Source of the DNA: Antedon mediterranea
Taxonomy: Eukaryota > Animalia > Echinodermata
Direction of reading: 5' to 3'
NCBI RefSeq assembly: GCF_964355755.1
Contig: NC_092672.1
Coordinates: 37,454,437 to 37,518,436, forward strand
DNA length: 64,000 nucleotides
Part shown: piece after piece, positions 27,754 to 38,977 of the stretch
How positions within the stretch are numbered: position 1 is the first letter of the stretch
Layout: each line of letters starts with the position of its first letter
The notes under the pieces: generated by a model
Databases searched by the model: none
Seen by the model: the letters and a program-made list of their open reading frames with translations, nothing else
Told to the model about the DNA's origin: nothing
Translations under genes and position numbers: made by a program

Positions 27754-28960
27754 GTCTATATATGGTTGTACGACAAAATGAAGCACCATTAGTTGCTGCC
27801 AAGGTGTTAGATGGACCAGCAATAATCAATATGTTCAGGCCCAATGATTCGAAGACATTCATTGAGTATATATCAAGTGTCATACAACCATCAACTTCGA
27901 TCAGTGACACGACTAGATTTGTTTTTCGATAGATACTTTAACGACAGTTTAAAGTCTGGTACGCGTTCAAACCGCGTCTCTGGTGTAAGGAGGGTCGTTA
28001 AAGCCAGCGGGAGCTTGCCCAACAATTGGACCACATTTTTTAGATTTGATGACAACAAATCAGAGTTGTTTTCATTTATTGTAACTGAAGTAGTAGAGAA
28101 CATTGGCACAAATCACGGAATGTTTGTAGGGTCTTTGGGAGGAGACAGAGCTGTAACAAACCAGTAAATATACAATCGCTGATGCCATGTAACATAGAAG
28201 AGGCAGTTGAACGTATGTTTGTTCACGTTAAACTTGCCGCTGAAATTTTCCACGCATTGTCAAGACTGTACACAATGATGTTGTTGTCAGCTTTCCACAG
28301 AATACCTGGCATCCACGAGCTTCGGATCGAGTTTGGAGTGGGGAAGCACTTGAAGTACATCCCAATACACGAGATTGCTTCTTCTCTTGGATCACAAGCA
28401 TCAGCCGCTTACTTGTTCTTTCATACCAATAGCGGTTGTGATAGAAGTTCATCTGTTTAAGGAAAAGGTAAAGCTACATTTAACGAGACTTTGAAAAAGA
28501 TTCCATGTATGACTCCAGTTTTTGAGAGGATGTCATTGTCTGTAGGGCATGTTAGTGAAACAGACACAGATTATCTAGAACAGTTTGTTGTAACTATGTC
28601 TACTGCAGAACATTTAATGATGCAAGACGATATCTTTTTACAACAAGAGAAAGACTATTGAAAATATCCCCCAACATCTGCGGCATTAAGAGAACATGTG
28701 AAACGGAAGCCAGGAAGTGGTACGACTGTCTAGATGCATTCAGGGTTGAACAGGACCCAGCGAACTGGGGATAGAGGAAGAACGGCAACAAATTTAGTCC
28801 AGCTTGGAGTTCATTGCCGGAACTTTCAGATGTCACAAAGGTTTTAATTCGCTGTGGACACACCGACTGTGATCTTGGATGCTGTAAATGCAGAAAGAGT
28901 GATTTACGATGCACAGAGCTGTGTGGTTGCCAGGGAAAATGTGACCTACAATAAGTGTCC
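27754..28960 (+). pseudogene. Degenerate Academ-type transposase 3' half (XPG/PIN-like plus Cys cluster), right arm
   Basis: VLDGPAIINMF..TFIEY, RLDLFFDRYFNDSLKSGTRSNR, NWTTFFRFDDNKSELF, EEAVERMFVH, SGCDRSSS, and a terminal CG..DC.LGCCKC....CTELCGC cluster. Contains stops and frameshifts. Confidence 0.85.
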
Positions 28961-30888
28961 GTGTTAAATGCATGTAATTATGAACATAAACAAATAGTGT
29001 AAAGCCAGTACGGGTTGAGCTACATTCAAAATGGCCGCCATGCAATCAAAGACGTTATACCAATATGTTTGTTGACCTCAATACTATATTATACTTTGTA
29101 CCTAAAATTATAACTGTAGGTACCGTACTGAAACATTTTGAGTTCGCCATTTTGAAATTCAAAATGGCCGCCATGCAATAAAAATGTTAGTTAAATACCA
29201 ATATGTTTGGTTACCCATTACCATATAATTGGCACCTAAAATCAGAACTCTGTGTACCTTTTTAGCAGAGATACCTGAAAAGTGAAAATTTGAAGTCCGC
29301 CATTTTGAAATCCAAAATGGCCGCCATGCAATCAAAATGTTAGTTATACCAATATGTTTGGTGACCCCATTAACATATAATTTGCACCTAAAATCAGAAC
29401 TCCAGGTGCCTTTTTAGCAGAGATATGCCTGAAAAATGAAAATTTGAAATCCGCCATTTTGAAATCCAACATGGCCGCCATGGAATCAAAATGTTAGTTA
29501 TACCAGTATGTTTGGTGACCCCACTACCATATAATTTGCACCTAAAATCAGAACTCTAGGTGCCTCTTTAGCAGAGATATACCTAAAAAGTGAAAATTTG
29601 AAGTCCGCCATTTTGAAATCTAAAATGGCCGCCATGCAATTAAAATGTTAGTTATACCAATATCTTTGTTGACCCCATTACCATATAATTTGCACCTAAA
29701 TTCAGAACTCTAGGTGCCTATTTAGCAGAGATATACCTGAAAAGTGAACAATTTGGGTCCGCCATTTTGAAATCCAAAATGGCGGCTTTCCCCTGACCAA
29801 ATTTTGTGCAACCCTTCCATTTCATATTTTTGACACCCTAATGAATAACTGTGCAAAGTTTCAGAATGTTATCACAATTTGAAGGATTGGGTCACTTAAC
29901 AGGCCTACTACTGTATGAGTTATTCACGAACGAGTTTACGAATTTTTCAATTTACAAACAACCTTTTGTACTGTGGGGCACGTATTTAGAGGATTTTCGG
30001 GGATGAGGGTGAGGTATTGGGCATGTCGGGGATGGGGGTTCGCAGTCGGTTAAGGGGGGTTCGCTGTAAAGGGGGAGTTCGCCCGAACCATAAAAACCCC
30101 CCCTGGCTACGGGCCTGCTACCACTACTACTACTAGGCCTACGTAGTAGTAGTACTAGGCTAGCTGGGCTACTAGCTAGAGGCCTACTTTACTACTAGGC
30201 TAGGAGTAGCCTAGGGGCCTAGGGCCTAGCTAGAGTAGGCTAGCTACGTACTAGGCCTAGGCCTACCGTACTTTTTATGGGATGACAAGAGTTGCAACAC
30301 GCAAGGCAATAATAAATATTTCTACGTTTATTGTATTAAAAGCACGATTTGTTAGTCAAGTTAATTAAACGCCTAATTTATTTGATTTACGTGTGGACAT
30401 TTTATAAAATGTTTTAGTTTTACTGACATGTTGTTTGCTGCTAGCTGTTTTCAATCAAAACATACTGGGTCATAGTTCAAGTTTAGTTCATGCACGTTAA
30501 ACTAGAGGGCGACATTGTATTTTTCTCTCATATCACTACTATTGTAACGCGTTACATTTTCAGTTGGGAACGGCAATGAAAAAACAACTACAAAAGATAC
30601 CTGGAAATTGTGTTAACATTTATATTTTTCTTTATTTTACATCAATAATTGTATGTTTTGTTGTTCGATTTGTTACCTATACAAAAAGGTTGTCATATCA
30701 TATTGTACTGCATTTCATTTTTTTAAATAAACCTCCAAAACAAATAACTATTTGGACATTATTTTTAAGGGTTATTTTATGTCAAAACTTTAATGTTACC
30801 TGCCACCTAAGTAAATTGTTTAGCATGTATTATAATATTATACAGTAGAGTATTTTATCGACATTCAATACAGTATGCATACAACTTT

Positions 30889-33800
30889 TTAATAGTCTTT
30901 CATTTTTTCTTCTTTAATTTCAGATGTTACATATACTGCTCTTGGTGAATGACGCCTTTCTTTAGGCTTGATATATTCCAAATGTTCTTGTAGCATTTCC
31001 AACTTAGAATCATCTTTATAATCCCAATGAATATTCAAATTAGGAGGAAGTTCCATTGATGAAAGTTCGTCAAACTTTGAACTATCTTTGACCTCTACCG
31101 TGTAAAAGTTGATGACATCGTCAACGGTTTTCATTTGACTGAGTAAATAGTTTGGAACGCAATGTTTGAATGACGTATTACATCTAGACAGAATCTGAAA
31201 AACAATACAATAAATATTATTGTTATTTAGCTTTTATATGGCACCCTACCAAGAAATATATTTTTTTAAATAAGAAAATAAATGCTGCGCTTTTGCTACA
31301 TCCTATGGGATTTTCCAATCCATTTACTTTATGGGATTTTCCAATCGATTTATAAAAGACAATTTAAAACGGCACACATTGATACTAAATACATAAACTA
31401 ACTAGACATGAAACTCGTCACTTTGACGAGTTAGTTATCCGCACCACGACAAACGCCACGTGCACGTCATACGTTGGAATATTGCACACAGATAAAGATT
31501 ATGGCATTATGACAAGAACTGAAGAATATGATATGCTGTTAGTGCTGAATTCTGTCAATTTTGTGTCATATAGTATACATGCAAACACTACAGTATAATC
31601 TGTATACATATTACATACAGTGTAGAATAGGTGAAATTACGGAACCCGCCATTTATTCCAATTTTTAACATGGCGACGGTATCAAAATGAAACACTTAGA
31701 TAGCAATTTCAGAAGGAAATTATCTTATGAACAACATATTATCGTGTAGAAGAAATTTGAATACGTAAAATATAGATGCGCACCCTTTTAAATGTGATGA
31801 ACTATTACGCAAAATATGAAAATACAACTTTTTTTATTCAACTGGCCATGTATGATGACGTCACAACATCCGATTGGCAAAATGTTTACATGAATTCGTA
31901 TCTAAAATCCCATAGCTTCCAGAAAACGTTTTAATCATGATTATCACTTTTTATTCTGATGAGCTATAACAGATTGAAATTTACTGTAAAGATGAAAATA
32001 AGTGACCCACGTTATTTACAATTTTCGACATGATGACGTCATAAAAATTAAAATATTTTTAACTCATGCGAAAGATAGTTCATTCACCTAGACAATATCA
32101 AAATCGGGGTGAAAATAAAAAACGGATAAGTGGAGATGCGCTCTATTAAATGTGATGCGCTATGACGAAAGATATAAAAATCCTATATTTTATATTCGCG
32201 TGGCCATACGATGACGTTATAATGTCCGATTAGCCATATTAATGCATGATTCCATATCTACAACTCATCAACTTCCAGAATATATAATTTAAAAAAAGTT
32301 CACCTCGTAGTTTAGAATCTATGAATGTTTAAAAAAAGGCATAATTTTGACGAATTTTGACAAATTTTTGAACTTTTTCATCAAAAACGCACGTAAATTA
32401 TCCAATTGGATGTGCCCGTATGACGTAATTTTAGGTCAAAATTGTTCAAAAGTTGGTAAAATTACCAGAAAAGGCTGGAAAAACATGAATCACGCGAAAA
32501 AAATTTATTTTCAACGCTACGTGCGCACCGTGCGAGTAAAAATATGCGCGCGCGTGGGAATTTTTGGCATGCTCAAAATGACATGAAACGCGTAGAAAGT
32601 TGATTAGAAATTGATTTTTCGAATTTTGAAATTTTAAACGCCCGTGCGCGCGTAACTTCTTGTGAAACATGCCATTTTTTTTCCACAGTCAGTTAGCGCA
32701 AGATATAAATTAAACTTTTGTTAAGTTTCAATTTAAATTGCTATATGGTTTTCGATCTATGTTAAATACGCAAAATTCGTTAAAACGCGCGTAAATCACG
32801 TTGCGCAATTCTGACGTCATTCACAATAGGAGGTGCACAATTTCACGTGAATGCCCACATGTTGACAAAGTTATAAAATGTTTTGTTTACAAGTTTTTGA
32901 GATACGCGAGACACAAAATTGACAGAAAGAAAGAACTAGACATGAAACTCGTCACTTTGACGAGTTAGTTATCCGCTCGACAAACGCCACGTGCACGTCA
33001 TACGTTAGAATATTGCACACAGAGAAATATTAAGGCATTATGACCTGAACTGAAGAATATGGTATGTTGTTATTTCTGAATTCTGTTATTTTGTGTCATA
33101 TAGTATACACAGTACAATCTGTATACATATCACAAACAGTGTAAAATAGGTGAAATTACGGGACCCGTATTTTATTGTAATTTTTAACATCTTGACGGTT
33201 TCAAAATGAAATGCAAAAGTAGAAATTTCAGAATGAAATTATCTCAGCAACAACATATTAACGTGTAGAAGAAATTTGAATACGTGAAATATTGATGCGC
33301 GCTCTTTTAAATGTAATGAAATATAACGCAAAAGATGAAAATACGACTTTTTGTATTTAACTGGCCATATGATGACGTCACAACATTCGATTGGCACAAT
33401 TTTCACATGATTTTGTATCTACAATACAATAGCTTCCTGAAAACGTTTTAATCCTTATTATCACATTTTATTCTTACGAGCTATAACAGATTAAAATTTA
33501 CTGTAAAGATGAAATTAATGACCAACGTAATTTAAATTTTTAGGCATGATGACGATAAAAAAATTAAAAAATGTTTAATTCATGCAAAAGATAGTTGATT
33601 GACCTAGAATATATTAAAATCGGGGTGAAAATCGACTACGAATAAGTGGAGATGCGCTCTATTAAATGTGATGAGCTATGACGAAAGAGACAAAAATCCT
33701 ATATTTTATATTCGCGTGGCCATACGATGACGTCACAATGTCCGGTTAGCCATATTAATGCATGATTCGATATCTACAACTCATCAACTTCCAGAATATG

Positions 33801-36800
33801 TAATTAAAAAAAAGTTCTCCATGTAGTTTAGAATCTATGACTGTTTAAAAATAGGCATAATTTTGACGAATTTTTGAACTTTTTCACCAGAAACGCGTGC
33901 AAATTATTTAATTCGACGTGCTCGTATGACGTAATTTTAAGTCGAAATTGTTTAAAGGTTGGTGACATTACTATAAAAGGCTGAAAAAACATGAATCACG
34001 CGAAAAAAATATGTTTTTAACTCTAAGTGTGCACCGCGTGCGTAAAACGTTTCGCGCGCGTGGGAATTTTTGACATGCTCAAAATGACATGAAACGCATA
34101 GAAAGTTGATTAGAAGTTGATTTTTCGCACTCTAAAATTTTAAACGCGCGTGCGCGCGTAACTTTTTGTGAAACATGCTATTTTTAATCCATAGGAAGTT
34201 TGCGCTTGATGTGACTTAAATTTTCACAAAGTGTCAAAACAAAATTATGTTTCGTTTTTAGTCTATGATCAATCATTGAAATTCATAAAATCGCGCGTAA
34301 GTCACGTTGCGCAACTCTGACGTCATTCAAAAATAGGAGGTGCACAAGTTCACGTAAATGTCGATATGTTGACAAAGTTACGATATGTTCTGTTTACACG
34401 TTTTAGAGAAACGCGACGCACAAAAATGACAGAAGGAAAGAAGTACTAGACATGAAACTCGTCACTTTGACGAGTTAGTTATCCGCTCGACAAACGCCAC
34501 GTGCACGTCATACGTTAGAATATTGCACACAGAAAAATATTAAGGCATTATGACCTGAACTGAAGAATATGATATGTTGTTATTTCTGAATTCTGTTATT
34601 TTGTGTCATATACATAGTATACACAGTACAATCTGTATACATATCACAAACAGTGTAAAATAGGTGAAATTACGGGACCCGTATTTTATTGTAATTTTTA
34701 ACATCTTGACGGTTTCAAAATCAAATGCAAAAGTAGAAATTTCAGAATGAAATTATCTCAGCAACAACATATTAACGTGTAGAAGAAATTTGAATACGTG
34801 AAATATTGATGCGCGCTCTTTTAAATGTAATGAAATATAACGCAAAAGATGAAAATATGACTTTTTGTATTTAACTGGCCATATGATGACGTCACAACAT
34901 TCGATTGGCACAATTTTCACATGATTTTGTATCTACAATACAATAGCTTCCTGAAAACGTTTTAATCGTGATTATCACATTTTATTCGTACGAGCTATAA
35001 CAGATTAAAATTTACTGTAAAGATGAAATTAATGACCAACGTAATTTAAATTTTTAGGCATGATGACGTTAAAAAAATTAAGAAATTTTTAATTCATGCA
35101 AACATAGTTGATTGACCTAGAATATATTAAAATCGGGGTGAAAATGAACAACGAATAAGTGGAGATGCGCTCTATTAAATGTGATGAGCTATGACGAAAG
35201 AGACAAAAATCCTATATTTTATATTCGCGTGGCCATACGATGACGTCACAATGTCCGGTTAGCCATATTAATGCATGATTCGATATCTACAATTCATCAA
35301 CTTCCAGAATATGTAATTAAAAAAAAGTTCTCCATGTAGTTTAGAATCTATGACTGTTTAAAAATAGGCATAATTTTGACGAATTTTTGAACTTTTTCAC
35401 CAGAAACGTGTGCAAATTATTTAATTCGACGTGCTCGTATGACGTAATTTTAAGTCGAAATTGTTTAAAAGTTGGTAACATTACTATAAAAGGCTGAAAA
35501 AACATAAATCACGCGAAAAAAATATGTTTTTAACGCTACGTGTGCACCGCGTGCGTAAAAAGTTTCGCGCGCGTGGGAATTTTTGACATGCTCAAAATGA
35601 CATGAAACGCATAGAAAGTTGATTAGACGTTGATTTTTCGCACTCTAAAATTTTAAACGCGCGTGCGCGCATAACTTTTTGTGAATGATGCTATTTTTAA
35701 TCCATAGAAAGTTTGCGCTTGATGTGACTTAAATTTTCACAAAGTCTCAAAACAAAATTATGTTTGGTTTTTAGTCTATGATCAATCATTGAAATTCATA
35801 AAATCGCGCGTAATTCACGTTGCGCAACTCTGACGTCATTCAAAAATAGGAGGTGCACAAGTTCACGTAAATGTCGATATGTTGACAAAGTTACGATATG
35901 TTCTGTTTACACGTTTTAGAGAAACGCGACGCACAAAAATGACAGAAGGAAAGAAGTATAATACAGAAAAAAAAAAAAAATATGATGAAACAGGACGATT
36001 ACAAGGAGTTATCCGCTACTAAGCGGATAACTAATAATACAGAAAAAAAAAAAAAAAAAGATGATGAAACAGGACGATTACAAGGAGTTATCCGCTACTA
36101 AGCGGATAACTAATAATACAGAAAAAAAAAAAAAAAAAAAAGATGATTTCATACAGTTACAAGGAGTTATCCGCTACTAAGCGGATAACTAATTATGCAG
36201 ACTTAAGGTTGGTTACCACAAGGACGCAACGCAAGGACGTAGATGCAACGCAATTTTTAAAAAATTATTTGCACTCACTTTAAATTTAGTTAAATTATCT
36301 TCAAGTGACTGACTCTTCCATGTCTCAGCATTCAGATGTTGACAGATGTCAGTCGCTATAACTTGTATTCTTTCCTTCACATCTGCAGGTGGCGTGTAAA
36401 CAGGCTTAGTTTCTTCAGTACTAAAAAACAATTTAAATATTTTAACATTGGCGTGCATTATTAAAAATAAATCTTCTTCTTTTTTAATAACTATGGGTTT
36501 TCTTTGCCGATGCAAGTACGGTATTGATTTATGTGTGCAAAATCGCGCCTGTGAGAGAGAGAGAACTTACACTTCAATAACTTTTTGTTTTGATTCCTTT
36601 AAGACCTCCATGTAGCGAGCTTCAATTTCTACTATCTCATCAGTGTCTGGTTCCACATCAGCGCTTGGACCACTGCCATATAAAAACTTCTTTACCCATG
36701 ATTTTTCATCATCATTTTCTACTAATTTTAATTCTCTTTGGTTTAAAACTGGCCTGGTTTGGCCAATATCAGCTTTGCCTCTGATGAACGTTGTTGTTGT

Positions 36801-37665
36801 AGGTAAGCCTTTAAAATTCTATGAAATAAATGTATAATTTATTTCAAGAGATGTCCTATACTATTACTTCAAAATTATCTTTTTATTTATGGACTTGTAT
36901 TATAATAATAAACAGGCCTAGTAGTAACTAGCTGGGACTATTCATCATAACCTTTATTAGGCCTTATAAGTATTATATCATTATTTTGACAGTTACAAGT
37001 TTACAACTTAAATAGATGATTGATGTCTTCTAGTATAAAATGTAATACTTCTATTTTTTTAAATAGAAGCCATGCATGACTTTTTTACTCAATAAATGAG
37101 GTAAAGTTATGCTAGGCTTAGCCCTAACAAATTAAGCATGATGTGAGCTTGCCACACAGCCCACGAACCGTCCCAGCAGTCGATGATCCAAGAGCGAGAA
37201 TGCTAGCTATTAGGTCTAGGATATTATTAGCGCTAATATGTGAGCTTGCCACACAGCCCACGAACCGTCCAAGCAGTCGATGATCCGAGAGCGAGAATGC
37301 TAGCTTAGGCCTAGGCCCTAGGATATTATGTGAGCTTGCCACACAGCCCACGAACCGTCCCAGCAGTCGATGATCCGAGAGCGAGAATGCTAGCTTAGTT
37401 AGGCCTAGGATATTATGTGAGCTTGCCACACAGCCCACGAACCGTCCCAGCAGTCGATGATCCGAGAGCGAGAATGCTAGCTTACTTAGGCCTAGGACAT
37501 TAGTTGATAATTAGTCTCATTTATTGCATAGTTATGAGCATACAAATATCTTTATTTGTTAATAAAATAACAATGTACAATATTCACCAATCGATTATGA
37601 CAAAAATATTCTGGTAAACAATATCTTCTTGCACAAATCTGCAGTGATTTACGGAGAACCTCCAT
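30889..37665 (-). CDS. MRPL50: Mitochondrial large ribosomal subunit protein mL50, 4 exons, ~257 aa
   Basis: Exons 37588-37665, 36571-36818, 36279-36420 and 30889-31194 join in frame. Motifs YTPPADV, W...SLEDNLTKFK and HCVPNYLLSQMKTVDDVINFY..EVKDSSKFDEL...LPPNL match mL50. The N-terminus is Arg-rich and presequence-like. Confidence 0.88.
32936..36113 (-). mobile_element. Helitron/Helentron-like element, middle copy B (inside A)
   Basis: Same termini and A^T junctions. The ~1.5-kb body is colinear with A and C. Confidence 0.8.
34446..36034 (-). mobile_element. Helitron/Helentron-like element, inner intact copy C (~1.59 kb, inside B)
   Basis: Uninterrupted copy. Removing it restores AAGAAGTA^TAATACAG in B, identical to the same site in C. 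Confidence 0.85.
37141..37498. repeat. ~87-97-bp GC-rich tandem repeat (4 units) in MRPL50 intron 1
   Basis: ATGTGAGCTTGCCACACAGCCCACGAACCGTCCCAGCAGTCGATGATCCGAGAGCGAGAATGCTAGCT starts at 37141, 37238, 37328 and 37415. Confidence 0.95.
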
Positions 37666-38977
37666 ATTGCCATGTGCGTGTTACTCGGTGATGATAGAAG
37701 CAATTCGCGTCAACTGTGATATGTAACGCGTTACTAATTTTATACCAATTATATTGTAATATAAACGGAATGATGACTTTCTAGACACCCAAAATAAATG
37801 ACCAGATTCAAATTTTACTGGATTTAATTTATTCACTTTCAAAAAGCCAATGTACAAATAAATGCAGTAAATACTCAACAAGACTATTATACAGCGCTTA
37901 GTGTAGAAATGTGTCCATATATGACCCATACACGCAGACGTGTCAAATTGTGTCAGTTCATGATACTTTCACTGAGAAATTTATACCAAGATCATCATTT
38001 TTTTTGATCGTGAATGCATGTATAGGCCCTGGTAGACACAGGTACTACAGTTTATAGGCCCAGGTAGACCAATTTTTTGTTCACACATTGCAAGGCAGTA
38101 AAATAAGGCAAATATATCTAGAAAGAGAGCAATAATTATAGAATATGCATCATCTATGGCTTTCAAAATTACCACCAAAACTGTATAAAAAGATTAATTA
38201 ATAGGGTTAGGACTTTACCTACTAGAAGGAGCAAAGGTCAACATCAGTTACTGGTCAGTAGTACTGACCAACTGTTTACAACAATAAACCTCTTTTTCTT
38301 TTGTAAAAAATTTATATCATCATTATATAATGCACTTGTAATATTATTTACTATTCAACTACTAACACTGTTATTGCCACTCTTCACCCGATGTCCAGAA
38401 AGTTGATTGCCTCATAGTCACTTGTAATATACTCTATAATTTCGGCAAAAAATATACATTTTTGATCGACAAATTCTAGAAAATATCTGAAGAAAAATGT
38501 CATATCATTCTGACTTAATCACCGCATTTTCACAAAAACACCCAAATTCAAGTTAGCAGAGATAGTTTTGGTCTTAAGACACTGCTCTGAAAAATAATAA
38601 TAGAGGGGGCTATAGCATTTATTTCCTATATCAGAGATTGTCCAAAATACCCAAATACAGTAACGCATTTTCATAAAACCTTCATTATTATACTTACTTA
38701 ACAAGCAACATGTTAGTGCATTACTGAACAACATTACTATTACATTACACACATTATTAAACATTAATAATAACATTCAATATTAAAAGCATGCATAAAA
38801 CCACAGGGGTTTCAAAAAATAATTTAAATAATATTTAAAAAGGAATTTTGAATATTACATTTAAAGCCATAGATGTGCTAAATAATACATTTGTTATTGC
38901 ATTTGATATTACCCTTATGAATATTCATAACAATAAATTACATTATGAATATTTATGAAGGTGTTATTATCATGGAA

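Larger units (their letters stand above)
26009..29910. mobile_element. Fold-back (palindromic) Academ-type DNA transposon derivative
   Basis: Termini TAGTAGGCATGTTAAG and CTTAACAGGCCTACTA with a 3-bp flanking repeat CTG. Both ends carry ~120-bp subterminal tandem repeats. Segment 26009-27753 is an inverted copy of ~27887-29910. TAG termini, a 3-bp TSD and XPG/PIN plus Cys-rich coding remnants fit the AcademX lineage. Confidence 0.85.
24973..30117. mobile_element. hAT-like non-autonomous DNA transposon hosting nested insertions
   Basis: 16-bp TIRs CAGGGCCGTAGCCAGG (24973) and CCTGGCTACGGGCCTG (ending 30117) with one mismatch. Subterminal GGGGGTTCG motifs. CTACC is directly repeated on both flanks. 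Confidence 0.7.
31402..36192 (-). mobile_element. Non-autonomous Helitron/Helentron-like element, outer copy A
   Basis: On the minus strand it begins TTAGTTATCCGCTTAGTAGCGGATAACT (palindromic sub-TIR). It ends GCGGATAACTAA, then the hairpin CTCGTCAAAGTGACGAG, then TTTCATGTCTAG. Inserted between A and T with no TSD. Confidence 0.8.

Noticed and set aside
31956-31985. CTGATGA...GAAA hammerhead-like spacing (also CTGAAGA near 20290)
   Set aside because: No proper stem II, stem III or cleavage triplet, and the motif is not conserved in the sister copies B and C.
32347-32670. ORFs inside the Helitron-like repeats
   Set aside because: No Rep or helicase motifs, and the frames are not preserved among copies.
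37124-37438. 104-aa repetitive ORF
   Set aside because: It is a product of the tandem repeat within intron 1, with no splice support.
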